Shown: positions 1 to 12,751, counted from the first letter of the stretch. The stretch: DNA of 64,000 nucleotides from Octopus sinensis (GCF_006345805.1 NC_042999.1:78864001-78928000); one strand, 5' to 3'. Translations and numbers: made by a program. The notes: generated by a model not told the origin, from the letters alone.

Positions 1-77
1 AACCCTCATACGTCGTTTAATGACGGGGTAGTCCATGATGATATGCATATATTTACACACACACGCACACACACACA

Positions 78-130
<53 letters not shown>

Positions 131-250
131 CATATACAACAATTTGGCAATAATTACTATGGCAATTATTGCCTCAGGTAATGTCTAACTCAGTAACACC
201 ACTTGAAATAGTCTTTGAAGTAATGCATCAGGACATCATAGCGCTCTCGA

Positions 251-468
251 CTGGTATTTCTTGGAGGAATTTGCTTAGGTACTGTTTGAATGTAATGAGG
301 TCTTTGTCTTTTAGATTTCTTTCTGGTTAACGTTGCATAAAAGATGGCCAGCTGAAATGAAAAGTTGCGTTGTTATGTTGTTATGTAATGTGAGCTCAAG
401 TTTAGTAGCAAGCGTATGTTTCTGGAGTCAAGTCTTGTGAACTTAATATCGGCATCATTTTGACTATG
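251..468 (-). mobile_element. Decayed CR1/L2-group LINE, ORF2 C-terminal fragment
   Basis: The minus strand translates, with frameshifts, to ...NDADIKFTRLDSRN...KDKDLITFKQYLSKFLQEIP. This resembles the FKxxLDxFLxxIPD terminus of CR1-group ORF2. Confidence 0.5.
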
Positions 469-1510
469 TTAATGAACTATTTACTACTGAGTACAAATGA
501 CAAAGCGCTCACACCGGAGTTGGGAAGAATGAAATTTGAACATTCTGACGCGATCTCATTATTTTTGTGATCGACGTCTGGGGTGTTATACTTGAAAATT
601 ATTCAACCAATAGAATCTTGATAGATTCCCGGTGAATCTCTATGCAAGAAATCTTGCTGCTACATCTAGCAGACCGACTGGCTGGCCTGTCGTCATCGTA
701 GTTGCATAGTTGACGACATGGTCGTCGTTGTTGTCAGTGGTATTGTTGTCAGCTCAGCTTAACCGAGAAATCAATGGCTGGAATGTTGTTTGAATATGTA
801 GTCACATTCTTTACTTTCTTAAGATCTTAATTTCATGCAATATGTCTGAAATGTCATCCATAGCAGAAGCCATTTGTCACACTGTTTCACCCTAAGTTAT
901 AATCATTCCACCCCTATCTCTCCCCCTTCCTTTCTCATTCTTTCACTTTCGTTGCGCCTGCTTCTATTTTTTATACACACACGCACACGTATGCAAGTTT
1001 ATGTATAGGTATATAAGTATACACACATACATATACACATACATGTGTATTTATGTATACATATACATAAACGTATACATATACGTATGCATGTATATAT
1101 GCATGTGTGTATGTATTTTCATATATGTGTGTGTGTATGTGCAGTTATATATGCATGAATGAGTGAACAAACGAAAGAAAGGAAAGTAGCACCCAACTCA
1201 TATGGCTAGAATTACATATATTTAATAACAATTTGATATAGCTCCACATAAATTTTCGTGTGTGTTGTACAGGTCCTCCTCATCAGTCTCCAAATATCTG
1301 TTGATATGGAAGTGTTCAACTCTCAAGAAAGATCGAGTAATGTGCACCTGAGACAAATTTTTGTATATATATATCAAGAACAATCTTACTTAGAAAGGGA
1401 TGCGTGCGTTCCATCATATAATATATTAATAAATAAAACATATGCATATATATATATACATATATGTACGTACCTACCTCTACATGTATATATACATGCA
1501 TATATGAGTA

Positions 1511-1750
1511 CAGGACACTAAAAAAAACGTCGAACACAATGAGAAACGAAAACATAGACACAAACCCAAGGAACTGGACATTTTTCTTAAACAACAAAAA
1601 AATAGAGTACAGAACAAATAACACAAGGAAAAAACCCCTTCTTCAGTCGCCATGGTTTCATCTACTCTGCGTTTCGAAGGGGAAGGCGAGGCGCATCTTC
1701 GATAGAAACTTTCCTTCCTGCGAAAAGCAAATCAAATAAAATTTGAGTAA
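1511..1750 (-). mobile_element. Penelope-type non-autonomous repeat fragment with the 3' half of a hammerhead-like motif
   Basis: The minus strand reads CTTC-GAAAC-GCAGA-GTA-GATGA (forward 1658-1679), next to TA/CA microsatellite. No pairing 5' half is present. Confidence 0.3.
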
Positions 1751-1813
1751 TAAAAAAATGTACATCCATATATTACAATATCCGGCGTATGTGACCTGTG
1801 ACTTAAGGCTGCT

Positions 1814-2041
1814 TTGTGCATCCTGTTAAGTGATGAAAACTTGGTAAACAAGCATGCAGAGAAAATACCGAGATAAGTAAGAGAAGGAAAAAGAAATATG
1901 AAATAGGATCGTCAATAATAAAAAATGCACACCCATACAATACACTATCTTGCGTGTGTGCCTTGTGCTTTGAGGAAGCCTTGTGCAACCTGTTAAGGAA
2001 TGAAAACTTGGTAAACAAGCATGCTGACAAAATACCGAGAT
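1814..2041 (+). repeat. About 60-bp direct repeat pair
   Basis: TTGTGCATCCTGTTAAGTGATGAAAACTTGGTAAACAAGCATGCAGAGAAAATACCGAGA (1814-1873) recurs at 1981-2040 with a few substitutions. Confidence 0.85.
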
Positions 2042-2084
2042 GTTGCCACCTCGCCAAATATTTTCAAGATTCAGCACAGTGAAT

Positions 2085-2142
2085 AACAGTAACATTCGTC
2101 CTCACCAGGACTGTCACATTATGTTGGCAAATAATCTTTACT
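2085..2142. mobile_element. Terminal fragment of the MITE family seen complete at 27576-27968
   Basis: AACATTCGTCCTCACCAGGACTGTCACATTATGTTGGCAAATAATCTTTACT matches the right TIR at about 27913-27966. Confidence 0.7.
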
Positions 2143-2177
2143 CTCTATATATATACATATATGTGTATGCGTGTGTG

Positions 2178-2247
<70 letters not shown>

Positions 2248-2314
2248 TATATGTGTGTGTGTGTGTGTCCGAGCGTTTGTACGTATATAGAAGTATATGT
2301 AAGCCAATACGTAT

Positions 2315-2666
2315 CTGTCGTGGCTGTGTGGTTAGAAGCTTGGTTCACAACCACCTGGTTCTGAGTTCAGTCCTACTGCATGGCACCTTGGGTAAGCGTC
2401 TTCTACAATAGCCTCGGACCGGCCAAAGCCATGTGAGTGGATTTGGAAACTTAACGAAGCCCGTCGTGTCTCCCACCACCGTTTGGCAACTGGCGTTGAT
2501 GTGATTATGTCCCTGTAACCTAGCGTTTCGGCGTTGGAGACAGATAGAATAAGTAGTAGACTTTAAAACAAATAAGTCCTGGTGTCGATTCGGCCCATTA
2601 AAATCCTTCAAGGTGGCGCTCCATCATGGCCGTAGTCAAATGACCGAAACAAGTTAAAGATAAAAG

Positions 2667-2668
<2 letters not shown>
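2315..2668 (+). mobile_element. tRNA-derived SINE, family A
   Basis: A-box TGGCTGTGTGG, B-box GGTTCTGAGTTCAGTCC, body GCACCTTGGGTAAG, tail CAAATGACCGAAACAAG. Homologous to 48033-48456. Confidence 0.9.
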
Positions 2669-2752
<84 letters not shown>

Positions 2753-2850
2753 TATTCTATTCTCTGCCTGTCTGTCTATCTATCTTCCTGTTTGCCTGTC
2801 TGCCTGCCTATCTGTCTATCTATCTGTCTACTCGCCTGTCTGCCTGTCTA
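2669..2850. repeat. (TATC)n followed by degenerate (TGTC/TGCC)n microsatellite
   Basis: Direct reading of the tandem repeat. Confidence 0.95.
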
Positions 2851-4344
2851 CGTGTAATACAGGCAAACAATGATTTATCCATCAATCTAGCTGTTTATTA
2901 AGTCATACATACAATCTTACACGATTCATTTACTTGCTACTTGCTTTTGTTGACATCCTCTTACTGCTTCTCACTCTGTTTTTAACTCCCTCATTCACCT
3001 TCTACCTTCTCCTCTCGGACACTGTGCTCCCCTCTTTCTTCCCATATACTTTCATCGTTTGTTTTATTGCTATCTTTTTTTCTCCTTCTCTTTTTCACTC
3101 CCCCCTTTTGCTTCTAGCTTCCCCTCTGTTGCACCTTATTTACAGTTCTGCTCTTATGTTAATCTGAGCAGGACCTTAAGCTTGTAATGACAGGGTTTCG
3201 CTCAAAATGATAGCGGGGTATGATGCAGAGGTGTGCGTGTATGTGCGTGTGTGCATACATTTATATTTTGTGTGTGCCTCTATATATGTACTTAATATAT
3301 GAATGCGTGTGTGTGTGTGTGTGTGCGTGCGTGTGTTACAGAGTGTTGCGTGGTGTGGGTTATTGAAAACTGCGCGGGGGAGAGGTACTCCCACTAACAG
3401 TACAAAGATAAGCCTGTGAGGGTCAGTAAGTTACAAATGCTCTGGCGTCAGTCGGTTAAAACACCACAGGGTGCTTGTGGTGGCGACACGTATCAGCTTA
3501 CTCTTGTGAGACGGCAGTTTCCTTGTTAGATTATTTTTCTTTTGAATGCTTATTTTTTTCTTCTTCAATAGCCTTTTATTCAATCTCTACCTCTCACCAC
3601 ATACCCACCACAGGTACAAGTAAATAATAGAAATAATACACAGATAAATAAATAAATATAGTATACAAAATAAATGAACAAAACAAAACTATTGGTCTTC
3701 ATATAATATATCAAAGATGACTTTACGATGTCTCTTTTAAAATTTACTTATTTATGATTGGTCTTTATTGTTGGTTACCTTTATTGATATTGTCACCGTC
3801 GTCGTAGTTGTTTTTATTGTTGTTGAGCTTATTGTTGTTTTGTCTTGTGTTTTTGTTGCTTTTTTTAATATTATTTTTACACTAGTCGTAAACTGATTTT
3901 ATGGTATAAAGGCAGATGAAATATTGAGGTGTGATTCAATATTTTAAGATATTGCAGTGGTTTATTCGTTGTGTAATGCAGTGTAAAAAGACAGAAAAAA
4001 ACACACACATACGCACACATAACCACATGCAGTCACACACTCACACACGCACATTCATTTGTAAGCAAACGCAAGCGCCCTTACATATAAATATATGTTA
4101 AGGCTTGAATGTTTTTACGAAGGACAGACTCATTAGCTTTCAGGTTTGGTGGCGTTAAGCGGATGAGATAAATCTCCGATTTGGTATGCCGCTGGTGCAG
4201 CAATCCAGGTAAGAAACATTGCCAGACGATGAGGGTTACAGTTTAGGTAAACTTACAGGTTCACAGATTTATACGACAGAAACGGTAGAGCATCGTACAA
4301 AACATTTTGTGATATTTCATTACCATCCTCATATGCAAGGAGTT

Positions 4345-4450
4345 CAAATTCCGCTAGGGTCGACTTTGTCTATAAATACTGATGTTGAGTCAATTGAAGG
4401 TGTTGCCCCAGCATGGGCAAAGTCCAATGACAGAAAATATTAAAGAATAA
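4345..4450 (+). mobile_element. Old SINE remnant (family B body plus family A-type tail)
   Basis: GAGTTCAAATTCCGCTAGGGTCGACTTTG, then GCCCCAGCATGGGCAAAGTCCAATGACAGAAA. Confidence 0.55.
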
Positions 4451-4902
4451 TATATGCTATGTATTCGTATTGAAAAAGGGAAGTTGGCCGAATGGATTGG
4501 GTAGTTGACAATCATCCGAAAAGTTGACGGTTCGTGTCCTCGAATCGGTACTGCGTTGAATACGTGACTAAGACAAGTCTTAATGACCGAGTACATTTAC
4601 CTCAGATACTTTCTTAGACTCAATATTCGCGTCGGTGCAGAGAAGGAAATTGAAATTGTTACTGGTTCATGTGACATCAGAGTTTGTCCGAATAGCGGTG
4701 GTCCTGTATGGCACATAAGTAGGTACCAGCCCTCTTCTGCTTCCCATATGCATTAACCACATAATTATCTTCTTTTATTTGACTCAAAACTGGAGTCCTT
4801 TACAAGTGCTACGACCTTGGGCCGCGTGGGAGTAGAGATGACTTAGTAGTAACTCCATATTCTCCGAACATTCTCTCATTTATCGTTTATCAACTCCACA
4901 CA

Positions 4903-5017
4903 CACGGCCCGAGGTTATAGAAGAAGATGCTTGGGCAAGGTTCTGCGCAGTGGGAGTGAACCCAGAACCATGAGGTTGGGAATCAAGTTTCTTACAACAC
5001 AACCACGCCTGCGCCTA
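4903..5017 (-). mobile_element. SINE family A, 5' half
   Basis: Reverse complement of the head, ending CCACGCCTGCGCCTAT. Confidence 0.8.
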
Positions 5018-5544
5018 TTGAGATGAAAAAATTTTGCAAAACTATACAAAATTTATTTAATTGTTTTACAGCTTAGTTGGTGATTTATGCCAAATGCAAA
5101 TGTTTACAAATTTTCTGATTAGCAGTATTGCATTCCATGTTACGTTACTCGTTTAACAACCTTAATTACAGCTTTGAAAAAAATTGAATTCTCTTTTTTT
5201 AATCACATTTCGTTTCATTTTTTAAATTAAGTTTCAATGACTGAATTGAGTACACAGTCACACAAATACAAAACTAGTACATACACAGTCACACAAATAC
5301 AAAACTAGTACATACACAGTCACAAACACGCACACGCACACGCACAATACACACATACACACATACATCCATACACTAACACACCTAGCAGGGCAAAGGA
5401 CAATATGACATGTATTCTGCAAATTACGTATTGAAGTGGAATAGTGAAAATAGGCAAGATATTCTAAAGTACAGCATGTATTTTTATACTGTTGTTTATG
5501 TTTATAGTGTCGTTATGGCTTCACAAATAAATAAATAAATAAAT

Positions 5545-5695
5545 ACGCTCGCACATGGCTGTGTGAAAAAAAGCTTGCTTCCCAGCCACATGGTTCCGGG
5601 TTCAGTCCCATTGCATGGCACTTTGGGCAAGTATCTTCTACTATAGCCTCAGGGCGATCAAAGCTTTGTGAGTGGATTTGGTAAATGGAAAGCTA
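5545..5695 (+). mobile_element. SINE family A, 5' half
   Basis: TGGCTGTGTG...GGTTCCGGGTTCAGTCCCATTGCATGGCACTTTGGGCAAG. Confidence 0.85.
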
Positions 5696-5737
5696 TCAAA
5701 ATTATCAAAATTATAAGTATATGTTTATATATATATA

Positions 5738-5780
<43 letters not shown>

Positions 5781-5783
<3 letters not shown>

Positions 5784-5987
5784 GAGTTAGACAAAATAAT
5801 GGAAACATCTTAAAATTTCAAACAAATTTATTTTAATATGGACTGCCTTTGGCAGTAATTACAGCTTGAATTCTATGAGGTATGGACTCGTACAAAGTTT
5901 GAATTGTTCCCAAAGGAATCTTTGTCCATTCTTCGGCTAAAACAGTCTCGATTTCTGGTAGTGATGATGGTGGAGTATATCGACTCC
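5781..5987 (-). mobile_element. Tc1-like transposon 3' end (transposase C-terminus plus TIR)
   Basis: The minus strand gives PPSSLPEIETVLAEEWTKIPLGTIQTLYESIPHRIQAVITAKGSPY*. The terminus is TA|CAGGAGTTAGACAAAATAATGGAAACA in a TA run. Confidence 0.85.
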
Positions 5988-6084
5988 CTACTTCTCAACA
6001 CCGTTTCTCTCAATAGCAATGTTCCACCTTCGAATGAGAGTATGTATCCCTGCCTCGTAAAATTCTGTTGACTGTTCTTTGAAT
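5988..6084 (-). mobile_element. mariner transposase C-terminal fragment
   Basis: The minus strand gives FKEQSTEFYEAGIHTLIRRWNIAIERNG, matching the mariner FYxxGIxxLxxRWxxxIxxxG motif. Confidence 0.85.
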
Positions 6085-6382
6085 TTATCAATAGGACACA
6101 TTTGATTCTTACAGAAAAAAGAAGCGTAGCTTCATAATCCAAGTGGTACAGATAACTATCATATCTAGGATAAGAAAAATTTTCAAGAACTTAAAATTTA
6201 GAAGTTGGATGATTGCGCAAAGAATGACAAAGATTATGAGATGCGCGTATATATATAGTTTTTACTACATATATTTCTTCCTAGTTTTTGTTTTTTATTT
6301 ACTACCTTGCCACCGATACGGTAGCCGGCGGTGCAAATAAATTCTAAGGACCCCAACAAGGAAAAGGAAATAAACATACATG

Positions 6383-6468
6383 TACGAGGGTGAGTCAAAA
6401 AGTAATGCCATTTTGTGTAGGTCAGGTATAATTACCAACACAAGAACATGTATCATACATCAAAATGA
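6383..6468. mobile_element. mariner-type terminal fragment
   Basis: TA|CGAGGGTGAGTCAAAAAGTAATGCC is a typical mariner TIR start after a TA target. Confidence 0.7.
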
Positions 6469-7160
6469 TACTGGACCTCGCATAGTAGAAGAAATCCACA
6501 GAAGAGGGAAAAGAGGAAGGAAGAAAAGATTGGAACGGAGAGTTCGTGTTGTCTGAAGAATAAATTAATGGAAATATAGATAATTCGTAAACTTTATTGA
6601 AGCGTGGCCTTTTTAGAGCGTTTTAAGTGCATTCTGCAAATTAGTTTGTCAGTGGGCAGCTGCATACTACACACATCTAAATGTTGAACACAACCATGGT
6701 CAACCTGTTGACTATCGGAGCAACTAATGAGCCTCTTGATGATCTGCACAATCTGCTAGAAATAGATACTAAATCTTCCTCAAATCACATCCTACCCTCG
6801 AGTTACGACATACAGAATGTAGAAATTTTAATATATGGCATTCAGTTGGGCGAAGAATGTATCATAAATGCCATGAAGTTATGTTATGATAGTACGAAAT
6901 TCCTATCATAGTATCAGCTCCTTCTAAATTACGTGAAATACTCCGCACCGCCCTTATTTTTACCAATGTATTATTATCATTTATCTATCTTGACCTCCTG
7001 GCAACCCTTCCGGAAGGATGAAAGTTGACCCCCATCAAATCGAACTCATCACCCTCACGTAGCGAAACTGATAGTGTAAACTATACCGTTCCAGTTTCTA
7101 TTATTGTGTATCTTTGTTTGTATGTGTGTATGTATGTATGTATGTATGTATGTATGTATG

Positions 7161-7191
<31 letters not shown>

Positions 7192-7564
7192 TGTTTGTAT
7201 GTATATAACGTATGTATGTAATTTTTGTATGTATATAACCTATGTATTTAATGTGTGTATGTATGTAATGCATGAATGTATGAATGCATGCACGTATATA
7301 TTATATGTTTATATGTACTGTATGTACGTTTTCTCTTCCTGATAACAGTTTTAGAGTTTGCCATGGCCGCCCCACTGCCTAGTTGTAAGTTTGTATAGAA
7401 AATATATTAAAGAAATGGTAGAGATAGATGATCATTTCACATCCTTTTTTACAACTATTCACACTATTTTTAAATTGCGGATGTGTACATGATAGGCAAG
7501 TGATTTGATCTGAAACCAACTGTTGAAATTCAAACGATGGCAGCCTAGAAGGCAGTAGTCAAAA

Positions 7565-7712
7565 TAAGTGTCATGCTGAATCTTCCTGAGAACTATTTTA
7601 AGGATAAGCGTATCTGTGGAGTGCTCAGCCGCTTGTACGTTAATTTCACAAGCAGGCTATTCCATTGAGCAGATCAGCTGGAACTCTCGTCATCGTAAGC
7701 GACGGAGTGCCC
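7565..7712 (+). mobile_element. SINE family D, 3' half
   Basis: TCTGTGGAGTGCTCAGCCGCTTGTACGTTAATTTCACAAGCAGG is the reverse complement of 48560-48610. Confidence 0.85.
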
Positions 7713-7844
7713 AGTATAAAGGCAGATTCTGTACTGAGGTCTTGCATTGTAAAGGTGACGTTGCAAAGCATAAAGATTAAAGTTCTAGTTGAGCAAAAGT
7801 TAGCTGACATGGAGAACGGAAAGTCATCTGATTACTGGGTAAGG

Positions 7845-8127
7845 GTTCTCTGTATTCACCTGATGGATTACTACATGTGGAACACAATTGAGAAAGACAC
7901 CAACCGCTCTGCCTGCAACAGTAAGAGTGACATGGTGGTCAATATCAAGGAATGAAGAACGCATGCGCTAGGTTTCGGAGCCGTCTTGATGCCGCGGTGG
8001 AACCTGAAAACGACTGCATTGCGTAAACCATTATTTTTTAAATTTTCTAAAATACTTTATTTTTAGATAGGTTATTGCGTTTTCTTTTCCTTTTGTACAA
8101 AGTGTCAATCTTATCCCAAACACCCTG
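7845..8127 (+). mobile_element. Tc1/mariner-superfamily (maT/Tc1-like) transposase C-terminus plus 3' terminus
   Basis: MDYYMWNTIEKDTNRSACNSK...NACARFRSRLDAAVEPENDCIA*, then the terminus TCAATCTTATCCCAAACACCCTG. Confidence 0.8.
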
Positions 8128-8158
<31 letters not shown>

Positions 8159-8165
8159 TGTGTGT

Positions 8166-8206
<41 letters not shown>

Positions 8207-8759
8207 GCGCTTCATAGAGCTGTAAGAGCTTGTAATTCTTACCTATAGCAATATAAGTGCTTCAGCAATATAAGTGCCTCGGTCACAGTTGGTGAGGATT
8301 AAAGTTTTCGTTAATGGCTTTATATTACGCCCAGCTGTTTATATCAATTTTTGATATACACATTAGCATTTCGCTACATCAAACATAAAAGAAAAAAATT
8401 GAGAAATTGACACAAACGAGTCACCAGTTTATTCAAAGATATTCAAATCGATCTCATATTTTATTGATATGAATATATTTGAATAAACTGATGCCTATAT
8501 GTCAATTTCTCCATTTTCTTCTTTTCCTCATTTATACATATATATGCATGCATACGTACATCCATCCATCCATCCATCCATCCATCCATCCATACATACA
8601 TACATACATACATACATACACATATATACATATATATACCCGCGCACACATATAAGCATGTGCATATGTAAATGTATGTATGTGTGTATGTATGTATCTA
8701 TATATACATATGTAAGTACATGGTTACATACATACATATATATATCCTTAAATCCTTAA

Positions 8760-8945
8760 AAATGTTTTAGCCCGAAGGCCGCGGCCATGCTGGGGCACCA
8801 CCGCTGAATGAGCTACACTAGTTTGTGAATCCACCTCTGATACGTGGCACTTGATCAACAAGGAGTTCGATGCTGCTGCCCGCATCCGTGTCTCTGTCGT
8901 GAGGTAGGTTCATCTGGACTCCCAACAAGAAGAGATCCAGTTTAG
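8760..8945 (-). mobile_element. Short interspersed repeat (SINE-like, tail GCCCCAGCATGGCCGCGGCCTTCGGGCTAAAAC)
   Basis: Its 3' tail is related to the SINE-A tail; the body is distinct. Confidence 0.5.
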
Positions 8946-9018
8946 TTTTAAAGACCCCACATCACACCATATTATATATATATTATATATATATATATTA
9001 ATATGTATATATATATAT

Positions 9019-9051
<33 letters not shown>

Positions 9052-9131
9052 GTATATATATATTAAGATATATAAGAAACACGCGTATATGTAACTTGTG
9101 CGTGGTGCGCACGTGTATATACTGTATATAT

Positions 9132-9194
<63 letters not shown>

Positions 9195-9565
9195 TATATA
9201 TATGTACATATGTAAATATATATATATATATATATATAATTACATATATACATATATATATATATATTGCATAATTATATTCATCTACATGTATATAAAT
9301 ATGTTTAAATAGATATATCTATATGTATACATATATGTAAGTGTCTGTGTGTGTGTGTGTGTGTTTTACATGTATGTAATCAGCGATAGTATGCGTACGC
9401 GCAACGTGATATTTTAGAGACACATGTGTGAGCATTAGTGAAACATTTATAAAAAGTCGATGTATATCATTTATGTTTCTGGCACCAATACAAATGTGCA
9501 TTTCTTTAAAAAACGGTTCTTCTCATTCCTAATTAGATGGAAATTACGGCAGGGTTGGCAGCGAA

Positions 9566-9695
9566 AGCGATTGCGATGACGGTGGCGTTAAGGTGTTCTC
9601 GTTAAAAGATCATAATATTATCAGCTACATCAAACTATTTATAAAATTATAATGAAAAATTGTTGAATATATAGTTGCAAGTTATATATATATAC

Positions 9696-9728
<33 letters not shown>

Positions 9729-9753
9729 ATGTGTGTGTATATATATATGTATG

Positions 9754-9850
<97 letters not shown>

Positions 9851-9979
9851 GTATTATATATATATACTTACAACTATATTTCAACAATTTTTCATTATAA
9901 TTTTATAAATAGTTGATGTAGCTGATAATATTATGATTTTTAACGAGAACACCTTAACGCCACCGTCATCACAATCGCT
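9566..9979. repeat. About 118-bp inverted duplication with a (TA)n-rich spacer
   Basis: 9566-9686 is the reverse complement of 9862-9979, apart from a few substitutions and 1-nt indels. Confidence 0.95.
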
Positions 9980-10482
9980 GTATATATATATATAATATAA
10001 TATATAATATAATATATATATATATATATATAATATATATATTATATACATTTATACAAGAGAAAGAGAAAGGTGTATTATAATAGTACAAGGTGGAAAA
10101 CATCATTGGTGAACGAATTAAGGTCTGATTTATATCACTGTTACAAATTTGATATTCATATTCCTTGTATGGAAGCCCTTCTTCTTTATTAACGAAAGTA
10201 TTTGACACTGAACCTCTACAGACACTGTTACTCTTACATTAGAAGAGACATTCAAAAGTATGCATACAATATACATGTATGTATGTATGTATGTACGAAT
10301 ATACAACACATACGTACAGACATATATGTCTATATATATGTATATATGTATGTGTATACATATATAAATATGTATAGACATTTTACATGTATACATATAT
10401 ACAGCATTTATGTACATGAATAGATAAATATATATTAACGAATATATCTATATCTATATCTATTTCTATATATATATATATG

Positions 10483-10519
<37 letters not shown>

Positions 10520-11267
10520 GTTTGTGTGTGTATGTGTGTATACATACATATATATTATATATGTATATATGTATATGGGTATGCCTGTGTGTGTCTATGT
10601 GTATTTATGGGAGAATGTATAAACATCTGTACATTAAATATGTATATGCTTAAATTATGCACACACACACACACACACGTGCGCGCGCACGCACATAAAT
10701 AACGAGCTAATCGTGTTATAAAGAAGACTTGAATTCGAGCTACCTTAATAATGAATCCGATTGTTGGAGACAATATAAAACGTAGTTATAATTTATACAA
10801 TAGTAGGTGATATTGATAAGAACAAAAACAACAACAGCATCAACAACAACAATAATAAAATGAAAAATGAATGCAAAGGAGAAGTAAAGTACAGTCATAA
10901 AAATGATTACTAGAAAAGAAGGTAACAATCTCCTGAGTCACGTGATCATTAAACGCTTCACTAAAGACTTGATGGCGTTTCTATATACGGGGGAAATATA
11001 ACGAAGAAAAATCGAGCAAAAACATTATAAATGTTCTCCCCAAAAATCTGGAAGAGCAGATGTTCGAGATTGTTTTCAAATCTAATTCAAACAAAATATA
11101 ATTTTTCGTTCTTTTAGTTCATTAGTGTTGGTGAATTTATTTTAATTCTTTTATTTTGATAAAGAACAGGCGGGAGTCTAGGTTGTCTGTTCAACGCTGT
11201 TCGTATAATACATACATACATACATACATGCATACATAGACACACATACACATTTTATATATATAAT

Positions 11268-11329
<62 letters not shown>

Positions 11330-11513
11330 TATATATATATATATACACATTATATATACACATACGCGCGCGCATGTCTTGTTTTCTTGACTATTATTTC
11401 AGTGTCAGTGATATAAAGATATAATTTATATGTAGATTTTGATCGATATTCGATCACCTATGTACAAGAACCGCCAAGAAATGTATTATCACTCTTACAA
11501 TTATTATTATTAC

Positions 11514-11599
<86 letters not shown>

Positions 11600-12197
11600 T
11601 TGTTTTGTTCAGTTTAACAGAATGTTGAAGTGAGGCGCAAGAAAGATAGTCAACAAGCACAAGATCGATTCACTATGGAGTGAGTTTAATTCAATTACTA
11701 CCCGTAGCTCGAAATTTCGTCTGGAGCGATATGCCCCGTTAATTCGCTACAAAAAAACCCTCCTCTAGGTTGTGATCGTTTGGCTATATGAAGGGTTATA
11801 AGAAGATTTCATTATAATAATGATAAACTTTATGTTCGTACTCTTGCCTTGGCGGATTTTGTCTTTTATAGAAAAGTGTTGCGCATTAAAATCTCACCAA
11901 TGCTGATTTAATCCATGACAATTTGGGTCGATAAATAAATTATCAGTCAAGTACTGCGGACAGTTCTCTTTCTCTCACTCTTTCTGAGTGTTCGTCTCTT
12001 TGTTTTGCGAAGAAATTAGCTGTGTGTGCCATGATGGCTTTCACTAGGTCAAAAAGTGTTTGTACTGCGTTGCATGACATGACGGTGGCCCTACAGGAGT
12101 TCAATGCAAAAAGCATAATCGCACACGTAAACTATACAAGCATACTACACATGCATTCATGATAAAACGTATAAATATATAACATTTATGGGGATCA

Positions 12198-12264
12198 TGT
12201 GAAGGCGCATGGATCTGTGGTTAGAACGTCAGGTTCACAATCATGAGGTAGTGAGTTCGATTTC
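12198..12264 (+). mobile_element. SINE family C, tRNA-like head only
   Basis: GGCGCATGGATCTGTGGTTAGAACGTCAGGTTCACAATCATGAGGTAGTGAGTTCGATTTC; compare 62792. Confidence 0.8.
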
Positions 12265-12267
12265 ATA

Positions 12268-12372
12268 TATTACTAGCGCGACTGATAGTCTCACGTACAT
12301 GATATGTACGTTCATCAGAACCTGATGAACTTACTTGTCGCGTACGTGAAACTATTAGTAACGCGTATAATA
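12268..12372. other. Imperfect 105-bp palindrome containing two outward-facing hammerhead-like cores
   Basis: + strand: CTGATGA (12322-12328), stem, GAAAC (12348-12352), TATTA, GTA. - strand: CTGATGA, ACGTACAT/ATGTACGT, GAGAC, TATCA, GTC. Confidence 0.55.
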
Positions 12373-12456
12373 CATGACGAGTGAAACGCATGCATTGATA
12401 TTGGACTGTCATTAGATGTCGTACTATTCTTGTAGGCCGTTTTTATGCAAATTAAT

Positions 12457-12509
<53 letters not shown>

Positions 12510-12530
12510 AATGTTAGTTATGGCCGGTTG

Positions 12531-12693
12531 ATAGATTTACCTAGGGTTTCGCGTCCATAAAGAGCTTAATTTTATACACGTCTCGACAGGCCCTAATGCC
12601 AGGTGAAGTTATAGGCCACCGGCCATTAATGTCTGACGGGACGTGTGTGTAAAGCTAAGCGCTTTATGGACGCGAAACCCTGGGTAGACCTAT
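12531..12693. mobile_element. Small MITE with about 60-bp TIRs between TA runs
   Basis: ATAGATTTACCTAGGGTTTCGCGTCCATAAAGAGCTTA... versus ...TAAGCGCTTTATGGACGCGAAACCCTGGGTAGACCTAT. Confidence 0.75.
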
Positions 12694-12694
12694 G

Positions 12695-12750
<56 letters not shown>

Positions 12751-12751
12751 T

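Noticed and set aside
1640-1679. Permuted (type II) hammerhead on the minus strand (GAAAC-GCAGA-GTA...CTGAAGA)
   Set aside because: Stem I cannot form between GATGA and the bases before CTGAAGA, and stem II is weak. At best it is half of a ribozyme.
10145-10215. Minus-strand peptide GLPYKEYEYQI resembling a fibronectin type III strand
   Set aside because: Poor acceptor and donor, and a very short similarity that could be chance.
11699-11720. TACCCGTAGCTCGAAATTTCGT resembling the miR-100/miR-10 family seed
   Set aside because: The downstream arm pairs only partly and leaves the seed unpaired, so there is no pre-miRNA-quality hairpin.
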